Shown: piece after piece, positions 56,784 to 64,000 of the stretch
How positions within the stretch are numbered: the first letter of the stretch is position 1
How the letters are laid out: every line of letters begins with the position of its first letter
Origin: Patescibacteria group bacterium
GTDB taxonomy: Bacteria > Patescibacteriota > JABMPQ01
Reading direction: 5' to 3'
Assembly: GCA_041749335.1 (NCBI GenBank)
Contig: JBGTBM010000008.1
Span: 18,462 to 82,461, forward strand
DNA length: 64,000 nucleotides
Translations under genes and position numbers: made by a program
Notes under the pieces: model-generated
What the model was told of the DNA's origin: nothing
What the model saw: the letters and a program-made list of their open reading frames with translations, nothing else
The model's database searches: none

Positions 56784-57599
56784 ATGAAAACTAAGACTCA
56801 AACCAAAAAACCAACGAGGACGATCAAGCGCAAAACACAGCACAATTACGAAAGATTCAGAATTTTTAACTTAATCATGGGCTTTTTGCATCTGATGCAA
56901 GGAATTATCATGTTGATCATCAGCAACGATTTTAAGCTGCCGATCAATTCAGCTTTTATCCAATTTAACGCCACCACTTTAAAGCTCGCTCCGGTAATAG
57001 AAAAACTATATGAGCTCCAAATCGGACCGATTATCGCCGCCTTCTTGTTTTTATCTTCACTGGCTCATTTCTTGCTGACTCTGCCCGGTATTTATGACTG
57101 GTACGTAGAAAATTTAAAAAAAGGAGTCAATTTTGCCCGCTGGATGGAATATTCCCTAAGCTCTTCCATTATGATCGTAGTTATCGCCATGCTAGTGGGA
57201 ATCTACGACGTAGCTAGCCTAATTTTGATCTTCGGCCTTAACGCCTGCATGATTTTCTTCGGCTGGCTGATGGAACTGATCAATATGTACACTAAAAAAA
57301 CCAACTGGATTGCCTACTATTTTGGCTGTTTCGCCGGCCTGATCCCCTGGGTTTGCATCGGTTTATTCCTGGCAGGCGCCGGTAGCGGAGACGCCAAGCC
57401 GCCCACTTTTGTTTACTATATTTTCTTCACAATTTTCTTATTCTTTAATACTTTTGCCGTTAATATGATTTTGCAATACAAGAAAATCGGACCATGGAAG
57501 AACTATCAATTCGGCGAAGCAATGTATATTCTGTTAAGTTTAGTCGGTAAATCACTGCTGGCTTGGCAGGTCTGGGCGGGGACATTAAGGCCGCTGTAA
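56784..57599 (+). CDS. heliorhodopsin
   Basis: Seven TM helices with the family's conserved blocks: ARWMEYSLSSSIMIVVIA (TM3 with the Glu counterion), FGWLME, YYFGCFAGLIPW, and the TM7 retinal-Lys context YILLSLVGKSLLAWQVWAGTL. The cytoplasmic N-terminus is basic, consistent with inverted topology. 271 aa. Confidence 0.85.
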   Translation: MKTKTQTKKPTRTIKRKTQHNYERFRIFNLIMGFLHLMQGIIMLIISNDFKLPINSAFIQFNATTLKLAPVIEKLYELQIGPIIAAFLFLSSLAHFLLTLPGIYDWYVENLKKGVNFARWMEYSLSSSIMIVVIAMLVGIYDVASLILIFGLNACMIFFGWLMELINMYTKKTNWIAYYFGCFAGLIPWVCIGLFLAGAGSGDAKPPTFVYYIFFTIFLFFNTFAVNMILQYKKIGPWKNYQFGEAMYILLSLVGKSLLAWQVWAGTLRPL

Positions 57600-57603
57600 T
57601 ATA

Positions 57604-57640
57604 AAAAAATAAGTTTAATTAAAAAAGACCGGTGAATATC
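57604..57640. terminator. bidirectional terminator between heliorhodopsin and the convergent secreted-protein gene
   Basis: A6-gaccggtg-aatat-cgccggcc-T5 hairpin. Confidence 0.45.
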
Positions 57641-57664
57641 GCCGGCCTTTTTATTATATCAATG

Positions 57665-58669
57665 TTAGTCCGGAGAGCTTTTTGAATATTCTATTTTGAA
57701 AGATTCAACTCCTAAATTGCTTGGGATCGTACCGCTGCTTGAACACGAAATGCGATAATTGTGATTTTCATAATCTATAACAGGATAAGTAATCGTACTG
57801 GTAGATACCGGCTGTGCGCTGGTTGATGGACTTAGCGGCTGGGTGGTTACGGAGGCCATCTGCGAATAGCTCAAATCATAATTATGCCGCAACAAGCTGC
57901 AAGAAATATGTTTTGCTGGATCATTATCATAAAATATCGCAGTTATTTTTTTAATTTCTGCGCCGTCGGACAAATCAAGATTCCAGTGAGCCCTCATTAT
58001 AGTCGCAGCGCTTCCCCCGCGACAAACAAAATTATCCATATAATCGATATTAACTCCCGTGCACGCGAATCCATTAATGCCCTGATAAAAAGTTTTGGCG
58101 CTATTATAGGAAAATTCCGGAGATTTCAATTCTCCGCTCAATGTCCCGCCGGACAAAGGCAGATATTTGCTAACTGTAATATCATTGGGAATATCAGTAT
58201 CATCCAACCCCTCAACCGCATTCACTGTCAAAGTATCGGCGATATATAAATTCCCGCCGAAATCACCGTCTTTAGCATATATTTTTTTCCAGCGATTAGT
58301 GGCTGATCCTAAATCGTTAACATTGGTGGTTGTAGGTATTGCCGTATCAGAAATTTTTAAAGGCATCCCGTCTGATGTTCCCTTTGATACACCCCTCCAT
58401 ATCTCTCCGTCAATCCGCACATCATCGCCGAAAGTAACCGGCACGGCTTCTCCAATATTTATAATTGTGCCATTAAAATAAGTAACGCCGCCAATACCCT
58501 CCTCTCCGATTCTAACAGACGCAAATTTGCCATAACCATTAACGATTAAATTTTCATTATAAATAATATCTGAAGCAGGCTGGAGAAGGTTCGTTTCAGA
58601 AGCGATTACTGATTCCCAACAAAAAAACATCCCCAATAGAAGTGTTGTAATTATGATTGTTTTTTTCAT
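57665..58669 (-). CDS. secreted protein, paralog of 47601..48326, with a longer C-terminal domain
   Basis: Signal peptide; the same N-domain of about 100 aa (LQPASDIIYNENLIVNGYGKFASVRIGEEGIGGVTYFNGTIIN...PVTFGDDVRIDGEIWRG). Confidence 0.6.
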   Translation of the reverse strand: MKKTIIITTLLLGMFFCWESVIASETNLLQPASDIIYNENLIVNGYGKFASVRIGEEGIGGVTYFNGTIINIGEAVPVTFGDDVRIDGEIWRGVSKGTSDGMPLKISDTAIPTTTNVNDLGSATNRWKKIYAKDGDFGGNLYIADTLTVNAVEGLDDTDIPNDITVSKYLPLSGGTLSGELKSPEFSYNSAKTFYQGINGFACTGVNIDYMDNFVCRGGSAATIMRAHWNLDLSDGAEIKKITAIFYDNDPAKHISCSLLRHNYDLSYSQMASVTTQPLSPSTSAQPVSTSTITYPVIDYENHNYRISCSSSGTIPSNLGVESFKIEYSKSSPD

Positions 58670-58803
58670 TTTGTTTTGGTTATTTAAATTTTTAATAAAT
58701 ATTTCGTCATCGCGAAGAGCGCAGCGACAAAGCCTGTCCGCCGAAGGAGGGCCTGCCCGCCGAAGGCAGAAATTTCATTATCCTAATTTAATCGCCAAAC
58801 GAT

Positions 58804-58873
58804 AAAAATTTAATCTCTGAACCTGTCGAAGGGTTAAATTTTACATAGCCTTCGACTTCGCTCAGGCAATAAT
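58804..58873. repeat. intergenic repeat module X (copy 3)
   Basis: aaaaatttaatctctgaacctgtcgaagggttaaattttacatagccttcgacttcgctcaggcaataat: about 90% identical to 16184-16252, with a perfect gtcgaagg/ccttcgac stem. Confidence 0.7.
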
Positions 58874-58898
58874 CTATCTTCACGTTGTTATAAAATTA

Positions 58899-59345
58899 CA
58901 TGGGATTGTTTCGTCCCGACGTAACGTTGGGACTCGTAATGGCGTAAATATAGAACGTCATTGCGAACGACCAGAGGGAGTGAAGCAATCTCGTCTTATA
59001 CAATATCTTCAAATAAATCTTTCCAATCCGGATTAAATGAATTAATTAACTTCATTTTGTTTTTCCTTGAACCGGCTTTTATCTGTTTCTCTCTGGTAAT
59101 TGCATTATAAGGATCAGAAAAAGCTTCATAATAAACCAACTTGTCAATATTATATCTTGCGGTAAAACTTCTTTTTATAAATTTATTTTTATGTTCAAAT
59201 ATTCTTTTTGCTAAATTACTGCTTACTCCCGTATATAAAACTTTATTATTGTTATTAGTCATTATATAAACAATATATAATTTTTCTTCCATTAAATAAT
59301 GTAATAAATAAACATGGGATTGCTTCGCTTCGCTCGCAATGACGT
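58899..59345 (-). mobile_element. GIY-YIG mini-cassette bracketed by inverted repeats
   Basis: 16-bp inverted repeats acgtcattgcgaacga (58955-58970) and tcgctcgcaatgacgt (59330-59345; 15/16 match) flank the GIY-YIG ORF. A direct repeat catgggattg(t/c)ttcg sits at 58899-58913 and 59313-59327. Confidence 0.5.
58996..59292 (-). CDS. stand-alone GIY-YIG nuclease-domain protein
   Basis: LYIVYIMTNNNNKVLYTGVSSNLAKRIFEHKN (GIY-YIG); 98 aa. Confidence 0.7.
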   Translation of the reverse strand: MEEKLYIVYIMTNNNNKVLYTGVSSNLAKRIFEHKNKFIKRSFTARYNIDKLVYYEAFSDPYNAITREKQIKAGSRKNKMKLINSFNPDWKDLFEDIV

Positions 59346-59610
59346 GGGAAAAAATGATTTGTAATTTGAAATTTGTTTGTCTCTTGTATCCTTGTTCCTT
59401 GTATCTTATTTTTTATTTATTTTTTCCGAAAACACAATAATATTCTGCCCTACTTTCTTCATTCTATAAAATACTAATCACTCTCCCTATCCCTCATTGC
59501 TTTTTTATATTATAACACGCCTCCATTGCACCGCCAAATTTACGTATATTTACTTATAATATTTTTATGCTATCTTAATATAATGCCCCTTAAAAAACCG
59601 GGAGGATATC

Positions 59611-60033
59611 ATGCCGCGCGATAAAAAAATCAGCCTAAATATCACCCAGCCAATAATGGTTTATAACCCCGTTAAGCTTTATCAAATGCACGCTTTATAC
59701 GAAATTATCAATAAATTTAGCGTTATAGACCAATTTTCCAAACGCTGTTTTATTTGGTTATTGGAACATTCCGAGCGCCTCACCCGGCCGGTTTTTACCC
59801 GCGTCCCCCTGGCCACTCATCGCTTCATTTGCGACGACGCGCGCCGCATTACCGACGTTTGGCATCTTAATTTGGTGCTCAAATGTATGGATTCTTTCAT
59901 GAAATTATATAGCCCGGATCCCGACCCGGATTGCCCCGACTGCATTGTCCAAATAAGCGTCAAGTCGATCCAAGGGCCTGACAACCTAGAATTGCCCTTT
60001 GATCCAGAAAAGATCGCTTTAATCGCTCTTTAA
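59611..60033 (+). CDS. hypothetical protein, GC-rich gene
   Basis: 140 aa; SD GGGAGGA 5 nt upstream; GC about 50%. Cys-containing C-terminus DPDPDCPDC; no recognised motif. Confidence 0.45.
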   Translation: MPRDKKISLNITQPIMVYNPVKLYQMHALYEIINKFSVIDQFSKRCFIWLLEHSERLTRPVFTRVPLATHRFICDDARRITDVWHLNLVLKCMDSFMKLYSPDPDPDCPDCIVQISVKSIQGPDNLELPFDPEKIALIAL

Positions 60034-60095
60034 TAATCCACCTTGCGTGGATTTTTTATTTACATAGAGACAACTCGCGTGGATTTTTTATTCAC

Positions 60096-60190
60096 GTAAA
60101 GACAATTCACGAATTGTCTCTACAAAAAACACCCCGCCGGAAGCGAGGTGTTTTAGAATCTGTTTAACTTGCCTGCCTTGGGCAGGTCTG
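60096..60190 (-). terminator. conserved 3' module of paralog B: imperfect palindrome, rho-independent terminator, and stop-proximal hairpin
   Basis: Palindrome gtaaagacaattc-ac-gaattgtctctac (60096-60123). Hairpin aacacc..ggtgtt preceded on the plus strand by an A-run, which is a T-run after the hairpin on the minus strand (60121-60157). Hairpin cctgcc-ttg-ggcagg (60172-60186). A near-identical module lies at 61907-62000 after paralog C. Confidence 0.55.
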
Positions 60191-60202
60191 TTCAATCATT
60201 GC

Positions 60203-61456
60203 TTATTTCTTTTTCTTCTTCATGAAAGCGGCAATACCGACTACTAAGCCTAGAGCCAAAACTGCGATTAATACTTTCCATAAGGAATTGGAAGGAAGTT
60301 CAGGAATAGACTCGCCCTCTTCTTGCTCTTGATAAAGCGGAGTTGGAGCTCCGGCATTAATAGTTGAATATAGTCCGTCTAGAATAGAAATATCACCAGT
60401 TGAGTAGGTAAGAACTGACTGGTTGATGGAATTAAATCCGGCATAAACAATCGAGTTAATATAATCGGTGTCAGAATTAGTAATATTTGTAGTTGAAACC
60501 GCCGAACCGTCTGATTTCAAACTGATATCCTGTTCCAAATAGTTAGTATCTTGATCAACAATAGTAACCATTACCTGTGCGGTATTAGCCGCATTAGTTA
60601 TAGCATCAAATTTCATAGCAGCTGCAACCGTACCAACATTTGTTAATTGATCAACATCATAAACCGAACCATCGAAATCAGCTTCTTTAAAAATATTGCC
60701 TTCAGCGGTTCCGGTCTGATAAACGCTAGTAACTCTGCCATTATCCATGCCAATCGCAACGATGCCGGAAATGTTAGAAGTTAAAGTATTATCAACTACA
60801 ACTGAGTCATATGTAGCAGTATCCGTGGAATAATTAAAACCTGTTGAATATACATCATCTAATGAATCCATAAAGTATACCGTATAAGCAATTTGATCGC
60901 CACCGGTCAAATAGACATCATGTACTGATGTTGTATCTGAATATTCTATTACATCATAACCCCATGCGTCAGATACATTGCTAATTAAATTTAACTGGCT
61001 TGGACCTTCTGAAGAATTCGCAAGGAAAACCGGATATCCCGCCGAATCAATACTGTCTGACATTACTGCGTCCAATGCATCACTATTCGCAACAACATCT
61101 GATATTTCTCTTGGAGCTACTGATGGACCTAGAATTTTATAGTTTACAACATGTAAATCATTCGTAGCATCAATATAGGCATACCACGCATAATCAGTAC
61201 TCTGATATGTAATTCCAACCAAACTATCTACATCAGTTTCCACGCTTTCGTAAACTGTTGTGGTCGCATCCTTAACAATAAGATCAATATTGCCGGCATC
61301 TGTTAAAACTGCGGAAACGATATAGGCGTTAGTGGCATCATATATATCCGTATCACTATCTATAATAGCTTCGTCTGAAATCTCAGTTGCACTAACACTA
61401 CCCGCAACTGCAAACATTGCCGCGAAGGCAAATAATGCAATAATTAGTTTTTTCAT
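60203..61456 (-). CDS. secreted/surface-anchored protein, paralog B
   Basis: The first 23 aa (MKKLIIALFAFAAMFAVAGSVSA) are identical to paralog A, with near-identical nucleotides. C-terminus QEQEEGESIPELPSNSLWKVLIAVLALGLVVGIAAFMKKKKK. Confidence 0.8.
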   Translation of the reverse strand: MKKLIIALFAFAAMFAVAGSVSATEISDEAIIDSDTDIYDATNAYIVSAVLTDAGNIDLIVKDATTTVYESVETDVDSLVGITYQSTDYAWYAYIDATNDLHVVNYKILGPSVAPREISDVVANSDALDAVMSDSIDSAGYPVFLANSSEGPSQLNLISNVSDAWGYDVIEYSDTTSVHDVYLTGGDQIAYTVYFMDSLDDVYSTGFNYSTDTATYDSVVVDNTLTSNISGIVAIGMDNGRVTSVYQTGTAEGNIFKEADFDGSVYDVDQLTNVGTVAAAMKFDAITNAANTAQVMVTIVDQDTNYLEQDISLKSDGSAVSTTNITNSDTDYINSIVYAGFNSINQSVLTYSTGDISILDGLYSTINAGAPTPLYQEQEEGESIPELPSNSLWKVLIAVLALGLVVGIAAFMKKKKK

Positions 61457-61631
61457 TATTTTTTAGTTAATTAATTTTTTTTAATAAGATCTGGTTGGTA
61501 AGTCGACCGCGAGATTACCAAATGCTAAAAAAGAGTAATTTCTTTTTTATTAGATAATTATAGCACAAATAAGCTATTTTAAAAAGATATTTATCCACAA
61601 AGTGCTTTTTCTTGTTTTTTTATTATTTTAC

Positions 61632-61690
61632 CCTTCGAAAAATTGGGGATTAAATTATGCCTAGCCTTCGACTGCAATCAGAAAATATTT
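61632..61690. repeat. degenerate module X copy
   Basis: attaaattatgcctagccttcgactgcaatcagaaaatat aligns with the 3' half of module X. Confidence 0.4.
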
Positions 61691-61700
61691 CTTACGCATT

Positions 61701-61877
61701 CCTCCTCCCCTCAGATGAGCCTGTCCGCCTTTGGAGGAGGGAGGTGTTCCGATGCATATCGGAACAGAGGGGTGCTGAAAAATCTACGCTACCTTTTTTA
61801 ATTTTTTTCCAAGAAAAATAAACTTATTAATCTAAAAATGACAGGTTAAAAATTTGCCGTACTTTCTTCCTTCTCCA
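61701..61877 (+). repeat. intergenic repeat module Y (copy B)
   Basis: Same order of elements as the 16438 and 18329 copies. Hairpin 1 carries a 17-nt insertion (gcctgtccgcctttgg). Hairpin 2 keeps the stem tgttccgat/atcggaaca but with a different loop (gcat versus tta). Confidence 0.7.
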
Positions 61878-61906
61878 AAAATTAAACAAGCGTGGATTTT
61901 TTATTT

Positions 61907-62000
61907 GCGTAAAGACAATTCACGAATTGTCTCTACAAAAAAACACCCCGCCGATAGCGAAGTGTTTTGGAATCTGTTTAACTTGCCTGCCTTGGGCAGG
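61907..62000 (-). terminator. conserved 3' module of paralog C (palindrome plus twin hairpins)
   Basis: gtaaagacaattcacgaattgtctctac (61907-61936); A-run then aacaccccgccgatagcgaagtgtttt (61937-61968); cctgcc-ttg-ggcagg (61986-62000). Confidence 0.55.
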
Positions 62001-62017
62001 TCTGCGTAATCATTGCT

Positions 62018-64000
62018 CTATTTCTTTCTACTTTTTGCTCTGGTTTTTCTTGTTCGTACGGTTTTAACCGCTTTTTTGCTTCCGGAAGCCTTAGTCTTAG
62101 CCTTAACTGATTTCACTCCCCTTTTCCTTAATACCGCCGCAATGGTAATCACCGCGCCCATGGACATCAAAGCGATAATAACCTTCCAGATGATATTGGT
62201 AGGAAGTTCGGGAACAGTCGGACCTTCGTCCTGCTCGTTTAGCTGCTCGGGAACAGTCTCGCCTTCGGACATCGCAAAAAAATCGTCAGTTGTGGTGCCT
62301 TCCACTCCCCAAGTATAGGTTTCAACATCCAAGCTGCTTAGGCTGACCGTCGGACTAATAATATCTCCGGTTTGAATAACGGTTTTAGTGCTTGCGCCGG
62401 TTGCTTGAGTAATTTCCTGCCTGACTAGGCTGGTACCATCATAATAAACCGCAACCGCCTTGGTATCATCAGCTAACTCCACGGCGGAAATATCGGTAGT
62501 ATTAGCAAGTGTTTCCAGAGTTGTGGCCGTATAAGCGCTGCCATTATAGGTAGCTGACTTTACCGCCAAAGCATTGGTTTGATAAACCACCTCAAGAGCG
62601 GAATTTCTGACACCGGCCGCTTCAATATCAATGGTAGCGGCATCCATGGCTTCAATGGTAACGGGCGTAATTGCAGCGCTGCCAGCCGCCGCGAAAGATC
62701 CGGTTTTTAAATCAAGATCAGAAGAGTCTTGATAAGCAACATAAATATTAGTAGTCCCATCATAAGCTACTGCCAGCGGCGCGTCATAAACCGCGGCATT
62801 GGTTATAGCTGAACTTGTGCTATCGCGATATATGTATCCGGTACTGCCAATCGCATAAAATATAATCGGCTTATCGGAATATGTTTCGCGCGCAAAAGCG
62901 GCATTAAAATTCACATTACTGGCTACGGTAGTATCTGAAATCAAAGCCTCGCCATCCAAATCATAATGCACCACATGGGCTTCTGTTGGAGAAGATGTCT
63001 TGGTATAACCAAAATAAATACGAGTGGAATCCAGCGGATCTTGCACTACACCCGCCCCGCGCATTAAAGCAAGATTAGTTCCCGTCCTAACATTTGGAAT
63101 AGGAGTAACTCCGCCCGGACCTTGCCAATGAATATCAATGCTGGTTCCACTATTAACCGATAAAGCCGCTATATAATTATGGACTGAGTCAATAACCACT
63201 GTTTGAATATTTCCTAAGTTTAAAGTTTGAGTTGTATAAATACCAACTGCTCCATAACACAAACCGGTACTTTGGTTTCTATAAATAGTAACAAATTTGT
63301 CTGCTCCCAAATTAACTACTTTTACAGTATCTATGCTGGTTGAATCAAAAATTTCACTATTTCCCCAAATTATGCCATTCCCACTAATAGTGCCTACTTT
63401 ACTCGTTCCATAACTAGAATTATCGTCATCGGCATATGACGCAATAATAGTATTTGTATTTAATATTCCTGCCGAAGGTTCCGTAGCACCATTAGTCCCA
63501 TTGGAGATTATTGAAGGGTTGCCAAAATTTAATGTATCTGTTCCTAAAACAGAGCCAACTACCGCCAACCCCTTGTTAATAGAACCGTAATAAGGCTGAT
63601 AAGTAACAGCAAAACTAGTGCTTGTTAATTTAACTATTGATGTCCAAGCTGATGCATTCTGATTATCAATTATTTTAGGTAAACCAAAAGAAGTAATTTC
63701 ATTACCTGAAACATTTCCTACGATGGCTGTCGCCTTTTGAGTATTGGTATCGCTATAAGCTATAACAAATTTATCTGAAGACAAAGCAGCTACATCGCTA
63801 TATTCACTACCAGTGACATAATTATTTGATCCTCCAAAGGTAATTCCCGTGCCATCAATTGAACCAACTATGGCTGTTCCATATTGCTCGCTGGAGCCAT
63901 ACCCGTAGGAAATTACAATTTTAGTAGAAAGTAGCGCAGATATATTAACATAAAATGCTCCGTCATCTTCGAAAAATTGAGTAGCAGCACCCCAGCCAGC
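62018..64000 (-). CDS. large surface-anchored protein, paralog C; 5' partial, N-terminus beyond the window end
   Basis: The frame stays open to position 64000 (no stop upstream of the TTG the ORF track used). The body is T/S/G/N-rich. C-terminus TVPELPTNIIWKVIIALMSMGAVITIAAVLRKRGVKSVKAKTK...SRKK. Confidence 0.65.
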   Translation of the reverse strand, partial: AGWGAATQFFEDDGAFYVNISALLSTKIVISYGYGSSEQYGTAIVGSIDGTGITFGGSNNYVTGSEYSDVAALSSDKFVIAYSDTNTQKATAIVGNVSGNEITSFGLPKIIDNQNASAWTSIVKLTSTSFAVTYQPYYGSINKGLAVVGSVLGTDTLNFGNPSIISNGTNGATEPSAGILNTNTIIASYADDDNSSYGTSKVGTISGNGIIWGNSEIFDSTSIDTVKVVNLGADKFVTIYRNQSTGLCYGAVGIYTTQTLNLGNIQTVVIDSVHNYIAALSVNSGTSIDIHWQGPGGVTPIPNVRTGTNLALMRGAGVVQDPLDSTRIYFGYTKTSSPTEAHVVHYDLDGEALISDTTVASNVNFNAAFARETYSDKPIIFYAIGSTGYIYRDSTSSAITNAAVYDAPLAVAYDGTTNIYVAYQDSSDLDLKTGSFAAAGSAAITPVTIEAMDAATIDIEAAGVRNSALEVVYQTNALAVKSATYNGSAYTATTLETLANTTDISAVELADDTKAVAVYYDGTSLVRQEITQATGASTKTVIQTGDIISPTVSLSSLDVETYTWGVEGTTTDDFFAMSEGETVPEQLNEQDEGPTVPELPTNIIWKVIIALMSMGAVITIAAVLRKRGVKSVKAKTKASGSKKAVKTVRTRKTRAKSRKK

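Overview
The window is AT-rich (roughly 35% GC) and gene-dense. It reads like a small-genome bacterium, possibly CPR/Patescibacteria-like or Gram-positive-like; that placement is an inference from gene content. Bases 1-14.4 kb and 18.6-35.9 kb are core housekeeping. They hold the Der C-terminus, pth, mfd, five aminoacyl-tRNA synthetases (leuS, metG, glyQS, ileS, argS), tatD, rsmI, tgt, recO, and the lemA/TPM-domain pair. They also hold smpB with an adjacent tmRNA (ssrA), and infC-rpmI-rplT in which infC apparently uses a non-AUG start.

The rest is accessory and rich in envelope functions. It includes a Hanks-type Ser/Thr kinase, a radical-SAM/GT4/small Cys-rich membrane protein operon, a class-II-like HMG-CoA reductase, and a secreted metalloprotease with FG-GAP repeats. 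It also includes a clan GH-A glycoside hydrolase, a polyprenyl synthase, a thioredoxin-CcdA module, two toastrack/LiaF-like membrane proteins, and a ZIP transporter. Two ECF sigma/anti-sigma pairs are present, one divergent from a clear heliorhodopsin gene.

The most unusual content is a family of paralogous secreted proteins (16.8-18.1 kb, 60.2-61.5 kb, 62.0->64.0 kb). They share a nucleotide-identical signal peptide and a conserved tripartite C-terminus: an (I/V)PELPxN motif, a TM helix, and a poly-Lys/Arg tail. These genes are embedded in composite intergenic repeats:
- module X, about 65 bp;
- module Y, about 160 bp with two conserved stem-loops;
- 28-29 nt perfect palindromes;
- a conserved twin-hairpin terminator module.
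An 11-nt poly-C/G tract lies in the putative promoter spacer of one paralog.

Two further notable items: LeuRS carries an inserted alpha/beta-hydrolase-like domain of about 180 aa just before its editing domain, and a GIY-YIG mini-cassette is flanked by inverted repeats. Several GC-rich islands (the kinase, HMGR, and two small genes) stand out compositionally.

All function calls rest on motif recognition by eye; no database search was possible.
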